From assembly GCA_965248575.1 (NCBI GenBank), contig CBDFJQ010000002.1, positions 1,888,001 through 1,952,000 on the forward strand: 64,000 bases of DNA, read 5' to 3'. Below are positions 19,332 to 29,356 of this stretch, piece after piece; the stretch's first letter is position 1, and every line of letters begins with the position of its first letter. The notes below the pieces were generated by a model. The model had not been told where the DNA came from and ran no database searches. It saw only the letters and a list, made by a program, of their open reading frames with translations. This stretch comes from Planctomycetota bacterium. GTDB lineage: Bacteria > Planctomycetota > B15-G4. The position numbers and the translations under genes were made by a program.

Positions 19332-20005
19332 GACGCATCCTGCCCTGCACGTTGTTGTTCCTGTTGGTCGGCATCGGCTGCACGACAGCCAAGCCGTACA
19401 ACTACGGTCCGCTCATGGACCACATGCCGGCTTCCATCCTCGTGCTGCCGCCCTTGAACGAATCGCCCGAGGCGGTCGTCGCACCCGTGTGGCTCTCGAC
19501 CATCACCGTGCCACTCGCCGAGCGCGGCTACTACGTGTTCCCGGTGGGTCTCGTGCACCGCATCCTGCGCGAGAATGGCCTCCCCACGGCTCACGAGATG
19601 CACCAGGTCTCGCTGCGAAAGCTGAATGAGGTCTTCGGGCCGGATGCCGTACTCTACGTCACTATCCGGGATTGGGGCACGAGCTACGAGGTGCTGTCGT
19701 CCAACACACGCGTGACCGTCAGCGCGCGACTGGTGGATGTCGCCACGGGCGCGGAGATCTGGCAGGGGCGGGCCGCCGCCGTGCGCAGCTCCAACTCTGG
19801 CAACCAGAACGGGATCATCGGCGCCTTGGTCGGAGCACTGGTGAACCAGGTCGTCACCAGCGCCTTCGACCCCACCCCGGAGGTGAGCCGCGGGGCCAAC
19901 ATCCTGCTGCTCAACAATGCGCACAGGGGGCTGCTTGAGGGCCCCCTGCACCCTCAGCACGAAGAACGCATGCTGCGGGAGCGGGAGCTCCAGCAGAATC
20001 GCTGA
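19328..20005 (+). CDS. DUF799 / GNA1162 family lipoprotein
   Basis: SILVLPPLNES, PLAERGYYVFPV, FGPDAVLYVTI; ATGA overlap with the previous gene. Confidence 0.9.
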   Translation: MRRILPCTLLFLLVGIGCTTAKPYNYGPLMDHMPASILVLPPLNESPEAVVAPVWLSTITVPLAERGYYVFPVGLVHRILRENGLPTAHEMHQVSLRKLNEVFGPDAVLYVTIRDWGTSYEVLSSNTRVTVSARLVDVATGAEIWQGRAAAVRSSNSGNQNGIIGALVGALVNQVVTSAFDPTPEVSRGANILLLNNAHRGLLEGPLHPQHEERMLRERELQQNR

Positions 20006-20194
20006 ACCGCGAGGCGCCTGGCATCTGCGCCTGAGCGAGTTCTCCTGTCTCCTCGACCTCGATCCGGGGATAGACTGTGCCTTTGGAGGTCTCCTCGCCG
20101 GGCGTGGAGTCCCGCTCGGGAACTCACCTCCCCATTTCTTCAGTTCACGAATGCGGAGCTCCCTTCTGTTCGCGAGGGGGGGAGGGCTCCCGGA

Positions 20195-22534
20195 ATGCTC
20201 TTCATGTCCCAGCGATGGTTCTCCAGGCGACCGAGACTGGTCGCCTGGCTTCTGCTCGGCAGCTGGCTGAGCCTGGCCCCCGAAGCCCGCCCCCAGTCGC
20301 AACCGATCCTGATCAAGGATGCGGTGCGCTACGACGCAGGCAGCCTGGGCTTCGCTGGTGTAGGGAACGAGAACCAGAACGACAACTTCGGGCAGGCGGC
20401 TGCCAACCTGGGAGACCTCGACGGCGATGGCGTCATCGACATCGCGTTCGGACACCCCCGGGATGACGACGTCGACGATCCCGGCAAGCTGATCGGCAGC
20501 CAGAGCGGGAAGTTCAGCAACAATGGCGCGCTTTGGATCCTGTTCCTCAACGCAGACGGAACGGTCAAGAACAGTCGCAAGATCAGCTCTGCGTCGCTGG
20601 ATGCCCCACCCCTCGACGCCGACAACGCCCCCCCCGGCCTGGGGCCCGAGGACAACATCGGCGTGCGGGGCTTCGGCCAGGCCGTGGACAGCATCGGTGA
20701 CCTCGATGGGGACGGCGTGACCGACCTGATCGTGGGTGTCAATGAAGACGACGACGGGACGCTCGAGCAGCTCTGCGACAGCTGCGGCTTCAGTCAGTTC
20801 ATCGACGTGGGTTTCGGCTCACTGTTCGTACTCTTCATGGACACTGACGGGACCATCAAGTCGTATCAAAAGATCAGCAAGACCATGGGTGGAGGCGGCC
20901 TGGGGGCCCTGCTGAACATCAAGGACTACTTCGGATCCGCCGTCGCGGACATGGGCGACTTCAACGGGGATGGGTTCCACGATGTCCTGGTGGGCGCCCC
21001 CGGGACCCACAAGACGAACCCCACTACGGGACAGTCGTTCACCATCCCCCACGTGCAGCACCTGCCCTCCACGGGCCTCGGTCGCGTATGGGTCCTATCG
21101 CTGCACCCCGATGGCACCCTCTTCCGGCGCGTCCCCTTGGACCTGCCACCTGGGTTCCTCGACGGCGCGTCGAGCAACGAATATGGAGACGAGTTCGGAC
21201 GCTCGGTGGCCTGGCTCGGCGACATCGACGGCCCTGGCGCTGGTTCCATCGATGACCCGGTCAACAGCATGACCAGCATCGCCGTGGGTGCTCCCTTTGA
21301 TGACGATGGCCCGCCGTCCCCCCAGGGCCGCTACGGCGCCGTCTGGATTCTCGGCCTGGACTTCACCGACACGTCGCTGAGCATCGTGGAGGCACAGAAG
21401 ATCAGCGAGACCTTCGGGGGGTTCGAAGGAGGCCTCACTCAACGCGATCTGTTCGGCATGTCCATGGACCCTGCCGGCGATTGGAACGGCGACGGCATCC
21501 CTGACCTCGCCGTGGGCGCGCCCTTCGACGACGACGGATGGGCAGACGCCGGTGCCGTCTACATCCTCATGCTGAACAAGGACGGCAGCGTGAAAACGCA
21601 CCTCAAGATCAGCGACACGCCGTCGGGCATCCCCGATTCCCTGGTGACCAACGGGCTTGGCGTCAACTTCGGCAGTGCCGTCGCGAGCGTGGGCGACTTC
21701 GATGACAACGGAACCCGCGACTTCATCGCCGGGGCAGAACTCTACGACCCTCTCAAGCGCGGGGCGGGCTGGCTCGTTACCACGGATGTCCCCCGCCTCA
21801 CCCTAGGCGACCGACTGGACGGGGTCGTGGCAGCCGACAACAGCTACGTCTTCACCTTCGAAGCCACGGCCGGAACGGTGTTGAGCATCACGGCCATCCA
21901 GAAGCTGAGTGAGATGGAACCGGCGCTGCGCATCTACGGTCCCCTGACTCCTGGTGTCGAGCCCGCCGTGCTCGCGGACGTCGCCGACACCACCAGCACC
22001 AAGAATTCACCGAAGGCCAAGCGCAAGGCCAAGCTGCCCAAGGGGTTCAGCGTGCCGGCGACCGGCGAGTACTTGCTGGAGGTGCTCGACGTCAGCGGCA
22101 ACGGCGGCGCCTTCCGCATGAAGACCAAGGGCAAGCCAGCGAAGTCGGTCACGAAGGTCGTACAGATCATCGAGCTGGGTGTGGGCGACACGACGGTCGA
22201 CGTCAGCTTCGACGCCACATCGGGTTCGCTGCTCAAGAAGCTGAGCATCAAGGCACTGAAACCCAAGGGCGACTTCGCGCTCATCGACGGTCAACCGGCC
22301 GCCCTGCTTCCCGTGCTCGATCAGGTCCTGGACCCGAAACTCCAGGCCTTGCCCCTCGTGGCTCCGCCCAAGGTCAACAAGGCTGGCACGGCCGTCAGCA
22401 TCAACAAGCAGCCGCTCGATCGGCTGGGGACCTACACCGTCCAGATCAGCGCAAACGCCGGCAGCGTGGGCTACGCGAAGCTCACAGCCACCATCAAGAT
22501 CCTGAAGGGCAAGGCCAAGCTGGTGCTGCCGTAG
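20195..22534 (+). CDS. Secreted integrin-alpha-like FG-GAP beta-propeller protein with a Lys-rich C-terminal region
   Basis: Repeated FG-x(4-6)-GDLDGDG...VGAP...G.VWIL units (about 6); C-terminal PPC/Ig-like, strongly basic segments. Confidence 0.85.
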   Translation: MLFMSQRWFSRRPRLVAWLLLGSWLSLAPEARPQSQPILIKDAVRYDAGSLGFAGVGNENQNDNFGQAAANLGDLDGDGVIDIAFGHPRDDDVDDPGKLIGSQSGKFSNNGALWILFLNADGTVKNSRKISSASLDAPPLDADNAPPGLGPEDNIGVRGFGQAVDSIGDLDGDGVTDLIVGVNEDDDGTLEQLCDSCGFSQFIDVGFGSLFVLFMDTDGTIKSYQKISKTMGGGGLGALLNIKDYFGSAVADMGDFNGDGFHDVLVGAPGTHKTNPTTGQSFTIPHVQHLPSTGLGRVWVLSLHPDGTLFRRVPLDLPPGFLDGASSNEYGDEFGRSVAWLGDIDGPGAGSIDDPVNSMTSIAVGAPFDDDGPPSPQGRYGAVWILGLDFTDTSLSIVEAQKISETFGGFEGGLTQRDLFGMSMDPAGDWNGDGIPDLAVGAPFDDDGWADAGAVYILMLNKDGSVKTHLKISDTPSGIPDSLVTNGLGVNFGSAVASVGDFDDNGTRDFIAGAELYDPLKRGAGWLVTTDVPRLTLGDRLDGVVAADNSYVFTFEATAGTVLSITAIQKLSEMEPALRIYGPLTPGVEPAVLADVADTTSTKNSPKAKRKAKLPKGFSVPATGEYLLEVLDVSGNGGAFRMKTKGKPAKSVTKVVQIIELGVGDTTVDVSFDATSGSLLKKLSIKALKPKGDFALIDGQPAALLPVLDQVLDPKLQALPLVAPPKVNKAGTAVSINKQPLDRLGTYTVQISANAGSVGYAKLTATIKILKGKAKLVLP

Positions 22535-22607
22535 CAGCCCAGCGCTGCCTGAAACTTGATTCCCGTGTAGGATCGCGGGCCATCATTCTTCCCCAGAGGC
22601 CTTACCT

Positions 22608-24926
22608 GTGCGCTTGTCACTCTCCCTGATTCTTGCGGGCCTGGCTCTAGCAGCCCCCGCACGCGCCTCGGATCTGGCCTTGGATGGCCAGTCATCCGCG
22701 GTCACGAAGTTTCTGGGGTCGTCGCTCACCATCGAGGTGACCGGCAATCCAGGCTTCCCCGCATCCGTTCTCATCGACCTGGTGCCTGGCCCCACGAACG
22801 TCAGTGGTGTCCTCTTTCCCATCGGCTTCAGCCCTGCCTGGCGGATCTTCCCCATCGGAGGCATCCCCGGCGGAGGAACCCTGAGCACCTCGACTGCGCT
22901 GCCGGACGACCCCGCCTTCAACGGCCTGCTCATCTACACGGCCGCCGTGGTGTTCGACCCGGGCGCTCCGAGCGGGCTCGACGTGAGCAACGGTGTGGAG
23001 CTGACCCTCACCGGCCGCAACGTCCAACTCGCTGGCAACAGCCTCGCAGGCCATCCGCTCTTCGAGCATGTAACGGCCTTCAACGCCGGCGACCCCATCG
23101 AAGTTGGGGTCGAGGTGAGCCAGTTCCCCGCGCTCGCTGGACAGACCGCTGACGTGTACGTGGTCGCAGCCAAGGGCCTGAGCGGCTGGATCGCTGACTC
23201 CAGCCTGGTGGATGTCACCGGCGGAGCAGAGACGTTCGCCTTCAGTGCGGGCTCCATCCTCAACAACCGCATCACCGTGGACACCGGCACCTTGAGTGCC
23301 GATGCAGGCACGGGCCTCGGCGTGGGCTACGACGTCATCATCGACCTGGACCAGAACGGCCAGCTGGACGCGGACGACCTGATCGACGGTTTCAGCAACG
23401 AGGCGGGGCTCTACGTGGTGCATGACCTGACGCAGCCGGGCCCGCTCGCCGTGACGGAGATCCTCTACTCCGGCGGCAGCTTCCTGGGGCAGAACACCTT
23501 CTACCCCACGGACATCGCGGGCATGGGGCAGCTGCCGCTGATCATCGTCAGCCACGGCAACGGCCACAACTACCAGTGGTACGACCACATCGGCAACCAC
23601 ATGGCCTCCTACGGCTACGTGGTCATGTCGCACCAGAACAACACGGTGCCCGGTATCGAAACGGCCTCCACGACGACGCTGACCAACACGGACTACTTCC
23701 TCGGCAACCTGGACACCATCCAAGGCGGTGTCCTGGACGGGCACATCGACGCCTCGCGCATCGTGTGGATCGGCCACAGCCGTGGTGGTGAAGGGGTCGC
23801 TCGCGCCTACGACCGCCTGTTCGATGGCAACTTCGTCCCGACGAACTACGACATCAGCCAGATCACCCTGGTTTCCAGCATCGCGCCCACGGGCTTCCTG
23901 GCCATCGACCAGACCAACCCCCACTCGGTGGAGCACTACCATGTGTGGACGGGTGCTTCGGACGCGGACGTGAACGGTTGCTCCAGCAGCAACATCACGC
24001 AGACGCAGCAGATCCACGACCGGGCGAACCAGTCGCGCAGCTCCATCTCGCTGCACGGCGTGGGTCATGGTGACTTCCACAACTCCACCGGCTCGGTCGC
24101 TACTGGCCCCTGCCTGGTGGGCAAGCCCTCCACGCACGCCATCATCCGGGGCTACTTCCTACCCCTCGTGAAGCATGTGATCGAGGGCAATGTGCCGGCC
24201 AAGGACTACCTCTGGCGGCAGTGGGAGGGTTTCCAGCCGATTGGGGCCCCCACGGCCAACCCCTGCGTGGTGGTCGACCTGCAGTTCAAGGAGGGCAGCA
24301 GCCTCGCCACGCGTGTCATCGACAACTTCCAGAGCGCCCCCGCCACGACCACCTCCTCCTCGGGTGGTGCCGTGACGGCGACGGTGACGAACCTCGTCGA
24401 AGGTGCTCCGGATGACGGCAACAGCAACTTCACCAACAACGCGGGTGACCCCTTCAACGGCTTCACCTATGCCCGCAACGGTGACCGCGCTCGCGCCGCA
24501 GTGTTCGACTACAACGGGGATGCCGAGTTGACGTTCGCCATCGCGGCAGGTGACGAGGACTTCTCCTCCTTCGCCTACTTGTCGTTCCGTACCTGCCAGG
24601 CCACGCGCCACCCGCTGACGACGTCGACGCTCGGCGACACGACCTTCGACGTCGTGTTGACCGACACCAACGCCGTGAGCAGCAGCATCAACATCGGTGC
24701 TTACGGGGGCGGGGCCGAGGAGCCCTACCAACGCTCCGGCTGCGGTACGGGCGTAGGCTGGCACAACGAGTACGAGACGATCCGCATTCGTCTCACGGAC
24801 TTCCAGAACGATGCGTCGGGCCTCGACCTGACCTCCATCGATTCGGTGTCGCTCCAGTTCGGACCGTCGCACGGCTCGCCCGTGGGACGCCTCGGCCTCG
24901 ACGACCTGCAACTTTCCAAGGACTGA
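22608..24926 (+). CDS. Secreted alpha/beta-hydrolase (lipase/chlorophyllase-like) with accessory domains
   Basis: GTG start and signal peptide; PLIIVSHGNG, HMASYGYVVMS, nucleophile elbow GHSRGG (Ser 23778), candidate Asp (DADV) and His (GHGDFH). Confidence 0.85.
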   Translation: MRLSLSLILAGLALAAPARASDLALDGQSSAVTKFLGSSLTIEVTGNPGFPASVLIDLVPGPTNVSGVLFPIGFSPAWRIFPIGGIPGGGTLSTSTALPDDPAFNGLLIYTAAVVFDPGAPSGLDVSNGVELTLTGRNVQLAGNSLAGHPLFEHVTAFNAGDPIEVGVEVSQFPALAGQTADVYVVAAKGLSGWIADSSLVDVTGGAETFAFSAGSILNNRITVDTGTLSADAGTGLGVGYDVIIDLDQNGQLDADDLIDGFSNEAGLYVVHDLTQPGPLAVTEILYSGGSFLGQNTFYPTDIAGMGQLPLIIVSHGNGHNYQWYDHIGNHMASYGYVVMSHQNNTVPGIETASTTTLTNTDYFLGNLDTIQGGVLDGHIDASRIVWIGHSRGGEGVARAYDRLFDGNFVPTNYDISQITLVSSIAPTGFLAIDQTNPHSVEHYHVWTGASDADVNGCSSSNITQTQQIHDRANQSRSSISLHGVGHGDFHNSTGSVATGPCLVGKPSTHAIIRGYFLPLVKHVIEGNVPAKDYLWRQWEGFQPIGAPTANPCVVVDLQFKEGSSLATRVIDNFQSAPATTTSSSGGAVTATVTNLVEGAPDDGNSNFTNNAGDPFNGFTYARNGDRARAAVFDYNGDAELTFAIAAGDEDFSSFAYLSFRTCQATRHPLTTSTLGDTTFDVVLTDTNAVSSSINIGAYGGGAEEPYQRSGCGTGVGWHNEYETIRIRLTDFQNDASGLDLTSIDSVSLQFGPSHGSPVGRLGLDDLQLSKD

Positions 24927-24942
24927 TTGGACTCATCGAATC

Positions 24943-25596
24943 ATGAATCGCCTCACGATCATCACCCTCGCTGGCGCCCTTGTCTTGGGCACCGGAGTTG
25001 CAGCCGTTACCAAGCTGACGGCCGATGACCCCTTGCCGGAAGTGCCGGCAGTCACCCACACGAGCCCGGTCCAGTTGGTCCTCGCTCGCCCCTTCACCTT
25101 GGAGACTCCTTATGTCCATGCGTGGCGCGCCGAGCGTCCGCAGGTGACGGCAGGGGTCGCGCTGGTCCTGCAGGTCGAGGATCGATCCCTGATCCACCCG
25201 CGGCAGGGGTACGAACCCGTGCTCTATGTGGGCGAGCAGACGGCAGAGCGCCTCAACGCAGGGCACGAGTCCGGCTACGTGGTCGCCATCGTTCCTGCGT
25301 CGGTGAATGCCGCTGGAAGCGTCAACCTGGACCTCAGCGCTACGCCGATCTATTTCGGTGACCCTGCGTTGCCGGAACAGATCGACGCCGCCACCGCCCA
25401 AGCTCAGTTGGCGAAGGCCTTGGCTGACGGAGTCCAGGCGGCTCCGACAGAAGCTGTCACCCAGGTTCTCCAGAGCCAGGTGCACTTCAACAACGACTGG
25501 GAACTCCGCGTCTGGGCGGCGGACCTGATTGAGCAGTTCTCGCCGCTGGAGGCGGACCTCGTGAGCGGCCTGCGCGCTCCACTCGTGGGCGGCTAG
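24943..25596 (+). CDS. Hypothetical exported protein, likely co-transcribed with the hydrolase
   Basis: Signal-peptide-like N-terminus; starts 16 nt after the hydrolase stop. Confidence 0.7.
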   Translation: MNRLTIITLAGALVLGTGVAAVTKLTADDPLPEVPAVTHTSPVQLVLARPFTLETPYVHAWRAERPQVTAGVALVLQVEDRSLIHPRQGYEPVLYVGEQTAERLNAGHESGYVVAIVPASVNAAGSVNLDLSATPIYFGDPALPEQIDAATAQAQLAKALADGVQAAPTEAVTQVLQSQVHFNNDWELRVWAADLIEQFSPLEADLVSGLRAPLVGG

Positions 25597-25634
25597 TCGC
25601 CTGCTTCAAATCGTCGAGCCAGTGCTCGACTGTT

Positions 25635-25777
25635 GGGCCCCTCGCGCCCGTCGACCCCATCCGTGGTGTCGGCGGGCGTGTGGCGTTGGTGGGGCCCTTG
25701 TTCACGCAGAGCGCCCGCCGACACGATCAGCCGTGTCGACGGGCGCTCGGAAACTCCAGGCGCTGATCTGGCGCCTG
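25635..25777. repeat. Cluster of related GC-rich palindromes (REP-like or terminator region) between convergent genes
   Basis: Hairpins at 25643-25680, 25709-25748 (17-bp arms, 1 mismatch) and 25757-25777; the first two share a GCGCCCG(T/C)CGAC core. Confidence 0.65.
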
Positions 25778-25800
25778 CACTTCTTCTTCAGCTTCTCTTG

Positions 25801-26289
25801 CTAGTCGTCGTCCAGGCTCCAGAAGCCACCACCGATGATGCTCGAAACGAAGTCGAAGATGTCCCAAGTGTGCACCGTCACATGGCCGCCCCAACCCACT
25901 CCGAATTTGACGCCGATATCCCAGACCCGCTCGTGATAGGCCCGCTCGCCCGTCTCATCCTCAAGATACAGCGGGCAGTTCCACGTGCCTTCGAAGATCT
26001 CGGACTCGATGCCCAAGACGCCGAAGTCGGCGTACTCGCCAATGCCCAAGCGCAAGATGTTGGTGGCCTGCACATGCACTCCAGCACCGTAGCCAGAGCC
26101 GATGTTCATGCTGAGAATGTCCCAAGCATCATCGAAGATCCCGGGGATCCATCCTTGGAAACCGGATGAGCCACCGTCCTCCTGGACGGCGAGTGCGGGT
26201 GCCTCAGCGGAAATCACGGGTGGCGCATTCATCGTGCCTGCGCAACCGACAGTGCACAGCAATGCCATGCAGAGAAGCTTTGAGTTCAT
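25801..26289 (-). CDS. Hypothetical lipoprotein (putative paralog of 13527-14147)
   Basis: AGGAG RBS; MNSKLLCMALLCTVGC lipobox; DAWDILSMNIGSGYG...DIFDFVSSIIGGGFWSLDDD. Confidence 0.75.
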   Translation of the reverse strand: MNSKLLCMALLCTVGCAGTMNAPPVISAEAPALAVQEDGGSSGFQGWIPGIFDDAWDILSMNIGSGYGAGVHVQATNILRLGIGEYADFGVLGIESEIFEGTWNCPLYLEDETGERAYHERVWDIGVKFGVGWGGHVTVHTWDIFDFVSSIIGGGFWSLDDD

Positions 26290-26515
26290 CCTGCGTCTCC
26301 TTGATAGACAGACCGGTGAATCGGTCACTTCAGCCGTTGCATACGAACGGCATCCCGAAAACCGTAGGCCCGCGGTCCCGGTCGTTCAAAGTTATTGCAG
26401 GTGTTCCCAGCGCTTCGACATGTCGTTCGCCCCGTTTCTTTACGACTTCGACTCAACCTTCGCCCATCTGCACCGATAGCAGATCGATCAGACACCGTCC
26501 GACGTGTCTGATCAG

Positions 26516-29356
26516 CTAGTTGGCGCTGACGAACTCGCGATACGCGCTCAGGAAATGCTGGACATCGAGCCGCGTGTCCCAGCGCGAGAGATCTCCATGT
26601 GCCGCAGCAGCGCGGATCTGCTCGACGCCCTTGAGCAGGAAGCCCGCATCCCCTGTGTCTCGCCAGCTCTCCGCCATCCCAAGCAGGATGGGATGGAAAT
26701 CGGTGTTCTCCCAGTTCGTGACCTGTTGCAGCGAGACCGCGTAGGAATAGACGAGCCGTTGGTCAACGGGATTGGGAAGCGAAGGAAACAACTCTTTCAT
26801 CGTCCAACGCGAGAGGTCCTGCATGCGCCCCCGAGAGACGGCCAGCCAAGGGTTGCCCGGCGGCAGGGCCCGCGCAGCGTGGAAATACCCGAGCGGCCCC
26901 AGGCTTGCTGAGATGAAACCTCGCGCCTGGAAGTTTTCGCCCGCCGGCTTCTCGTTCTTGTTGTCGGACGAGTTGACGTAGTAACCACGCGCCCCCTGCC
27001 CCGGGCTCGCTTCCCACCCGAACCCGCTGGTGGCCGTCTTGATGTCGATGATCGGGGTGGCAATGTAGGCCAACCGATCCGTCACCTCCTGCAACAGGCT
27101 CGCGTCCCGGGTGAACTCGGAAACATAGGCCAGGGCCCGAAGCGTCTGGTACATGGAACGCTCATGCGCCCAGATCGAAACACCGGGAAGAATCTCCGCC
27201 TCGTCGAACAACGCATCCCGAAAGCGTCCATCCCCCGTCAGGTAGTAGGCGAGGGCGATGCCTTCCCGATACCGATGCTCGTCGTCGCTGAAATGCCCGG
27301 TGCTGTGCGGGATCTCATCGTTGCTGGCGCCCGGGTCGTCCGGGTCACTGAAATCATCGGAACGCCGGATCTGCCACTCAGTCTTGTAAAGCGCCAGGCT
27401 CAGGGCGTTGAGATAGTGCCCACCCACTCCGCTGCGCAACCAATCGCCACCCAAGGCGATTTCAATACCAGCCTGGTTGTTCGACCCTCCGGTCGTTCCC
27501 TTGTACAGGTAGCGAGGGATGTTCAGGTCGGGGTTGTCGGGCACGATGACGTGCTTCAAACCCATCAACGTGTAGGCCTGTTCGTGCTCGGACTCCGTGA
27601 GCAGGTCGTAGGGAAAGACCCCTGCCCGGTCGTAGTGCGCATAGTCCGCTGCTCGGCCTGACAAGGGCACGTCCAGGTGGCGCGTGGGCAAGGAAAGGTC
27701 GGCACCCGAGTTCCCGTGGAATGAGAACACCGCGCCACGGCTCTCGTGCTGGCGCCACACAAACGTAAACGGTGTCGGATTCTGCGCCGGGAACAAGCCC
27801 ACGACGACGGTGCCGTCCCCACGCGCCTCCAGAGCGGCCGGCCACTGGTAGGCCATGTGCTGGATTCCAACGGTCAGTCCCGCGCTGTCCCCGGAGAGAT
27901 CCAGCCAGGCATGCTGGGGGTATCCGTTCTCGTAGCCCAAGGCATTCAGCTTCACTCCATCGATCTCGAGCTGATAGCCCTGCTGCAGGAAGACCTTGTT
28001 GTTCGCCGGGTTGGTCGGGAGATGCGGCAAGTACTGGGCCCCACCGAGACCCGACGTCTTCGCGGAGGAGTAGGCCTGGTACAGCACGGCCGTGGAGTCC
28101 GCCGACGGCTGAAGGGGCTGCGTCACGGGGCCGAGATGCGTGGAGGCGGACACCGTGGGCTGCCCGAAGGAACGCACCCGGGCCACCAGCGCGATCGCGT
28201 CGAGGACCGCGTGCTGCGGCCGGTCGATGGAGGCGTTCCGCACGGTGAACACGACCTCGACATCGCGACTTCCACGACGAGCGATTATGCGGCAGGTGAA
28301 GTCCAGGTGCCCCTTCCCATTGGAGTCGTAGAGCGTGCCGTCCGCTCGGACCACCGCGCGTGCCGGCCCGTTCTCCTCCAACCAGACAGCCGTGTTCTTG
28401 CCTGGAGCGAGGCTCTCTCCAGCCCCACCGCGGGCCACGATTCCGGTGGCCGTGTAGTCGTGGATGACGACCTCCCCATCCACGGTGACGGAGTGGAACA
28501 GGTTGAATCCCTTTGTCCGCACGATGGCCTGCAACGGCCCCGTGTTCAGCAGGATCTTGCTCTGTGACTGCATGCCGATCGGCGGCCCCCCCGCCTCGCC
28601 TGGCCCCGCGACGACGCTCAAGCCGGTGAGGGCTTGATCCGCCACGACGCTGGCCTGCACATCACAGAGCACCCAGCGGGCCGAGCCGTCTGGCCAGGTA
28701 TCAAGGGTCCGGAACTGCCAGACGTCCGACCCCACGATCCCAAGCGCCGGCCGACCGGCCACCACCGGAACCGCATCCGTCATCGCGAAGGGCAGTCCGA
28801 AGGTTGCAACGCCCTCCGGACGGTCGACGCCCACGAGATCGTCCGGCAGGGCCTCCTGAAGGATGATCGGCACGTCGATCACCCCTCCGGTCGTCGGGAC
28901 CTGCCCATCGAAATAGGTAGGGTCGATGGCCACGATCTTGGCCACCACCAGCTGCAGCTTCTTCTGGCGCTTGGCCACCCGGGCAAGAGCCTTCTTCTCC
29001 ACCTTGCCAGCCTTGATCAACTGAGCCTTTGCCTTCTTCACGACCTTCTTGGCGGCAGGCGGGGTCTGCGCGAGCAGGGCCAGCAGGTCCGTCGAGGCCA
29101 CGGACTTCGCCGTCAGCGCAGCCACCAGATCCACCTGGGCTGCCTGCAACGACAGAACACGCTTGGCGTGCTTCTTCAGCAACTTGGGCGGAATGCTCGT
29201 GGCGGCCGGCGCGCTGACGGCCGTCGGCAGCGCCATGCTGGCCTGGAGCGTCCCGGGAGCATCTCGAGAGGGGCTCCAAGAAAGGGCAATCAAAAACAGC
29301 GCGACGAGGGCGGCTGAACGAAGGGTCTGGAGCCTGGGCAGGGGCTTCCGGGTCAT
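26516..29356 (-). CDS. Secreted PcRGLX/YetA-like (exo-rhamnogalacturonan lyase-like) glycan-acting protein with Lys-rich N-terminal helix
   Basis: TFGLPF, QFRTLDTWPDGSARWVLCD, WLEENGPARAVVRADG, and EGIALAYYLTGD (alpha/alpha barrel-like) motifs. Confidence 0.65.
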   Translation of the reverse strand: MTRKPLPRLQTLRSAALVALFLIALSWSPSRDAPGTLQASMALPTAVSAPAATSIPPKLLKKHAKRVLSLQAAQVDLVAALTAKSVASTDLLALLAQTPPAAKKVVKKAKAQLIKAGKVEKKALARVAKRQKKLQLVVAKIVAIDPTYFDGQVPTTGGVIDVPIILQEALPDDLVGVDRPEGVATFGLPFAMTDAVPVVAGRPALGIVGSDVWQFRTLDTWPDGSARWVLCDVQASVVADQALTGLSVVAGPGEAGGPPIGMQSQSKILLNTGPLQAIVRTKGFNLFHSVTVDGEVVIHDYTATGIVARGGAGESLAPGKNTAVWLEENGPARAVVRADGTLYDSNGKGHLDFTCRIIARRGSRDVEVVFTVRNASIDRPQHAVLDAIALVARVRSFGQPTVSASTHLGPVTQPLQPSADSTAVLYQAYSSAKTSGLGGAQYLPHLPTNPANNKVFLQQGYQLEIDGVKLNALGYENGYPQHAWLDLSGDSAGLTVGIQHMAYQWPAALEARGDGTVVVGLFPAQNPTPFTFVWRQHESRGAVFSFHGNSGADLSLPTRHLDVPLSGRAADYAHYDRAGVFPYDLLTESEHEQAYTLMGLKHVIVPDNPDLNIPRYLYKGTTGGSNNQAGIEIALGGDWLRSGVGGHYLNALSLALYKTEWQIRRSDDFSDPDDPGASNDEIPHSTGHFSDDEHRYREGIALAYYLTGDGRFRDALFDEAEILPGVSIWAHERSMYQTLRALAYVSEFTRDASLLQEVTDRLAYIATPIIDIKTATSGFGWEASPGQGARGYYVNSSDNKNEKPAGENFQARGFISASLGPLGYFHAARALPPGNPWLAVSRGRMQDLSRWTMKELFPSLPNPVDQRLVYSYAVSLQQVTNWENTDFHPILLGMAESWRDTGDAGFLLKGVEQIRAAAAHGDLSRWDTRLDVQHFLSAYREFVSAN

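Noticed and set aside
18271..20005. CsgG gene as evidence of a curli system
   Set aside because: No csgA/B/E/F-like genes. It is the common CsgG-DUF4810-DUF799 lipoprotein operon.
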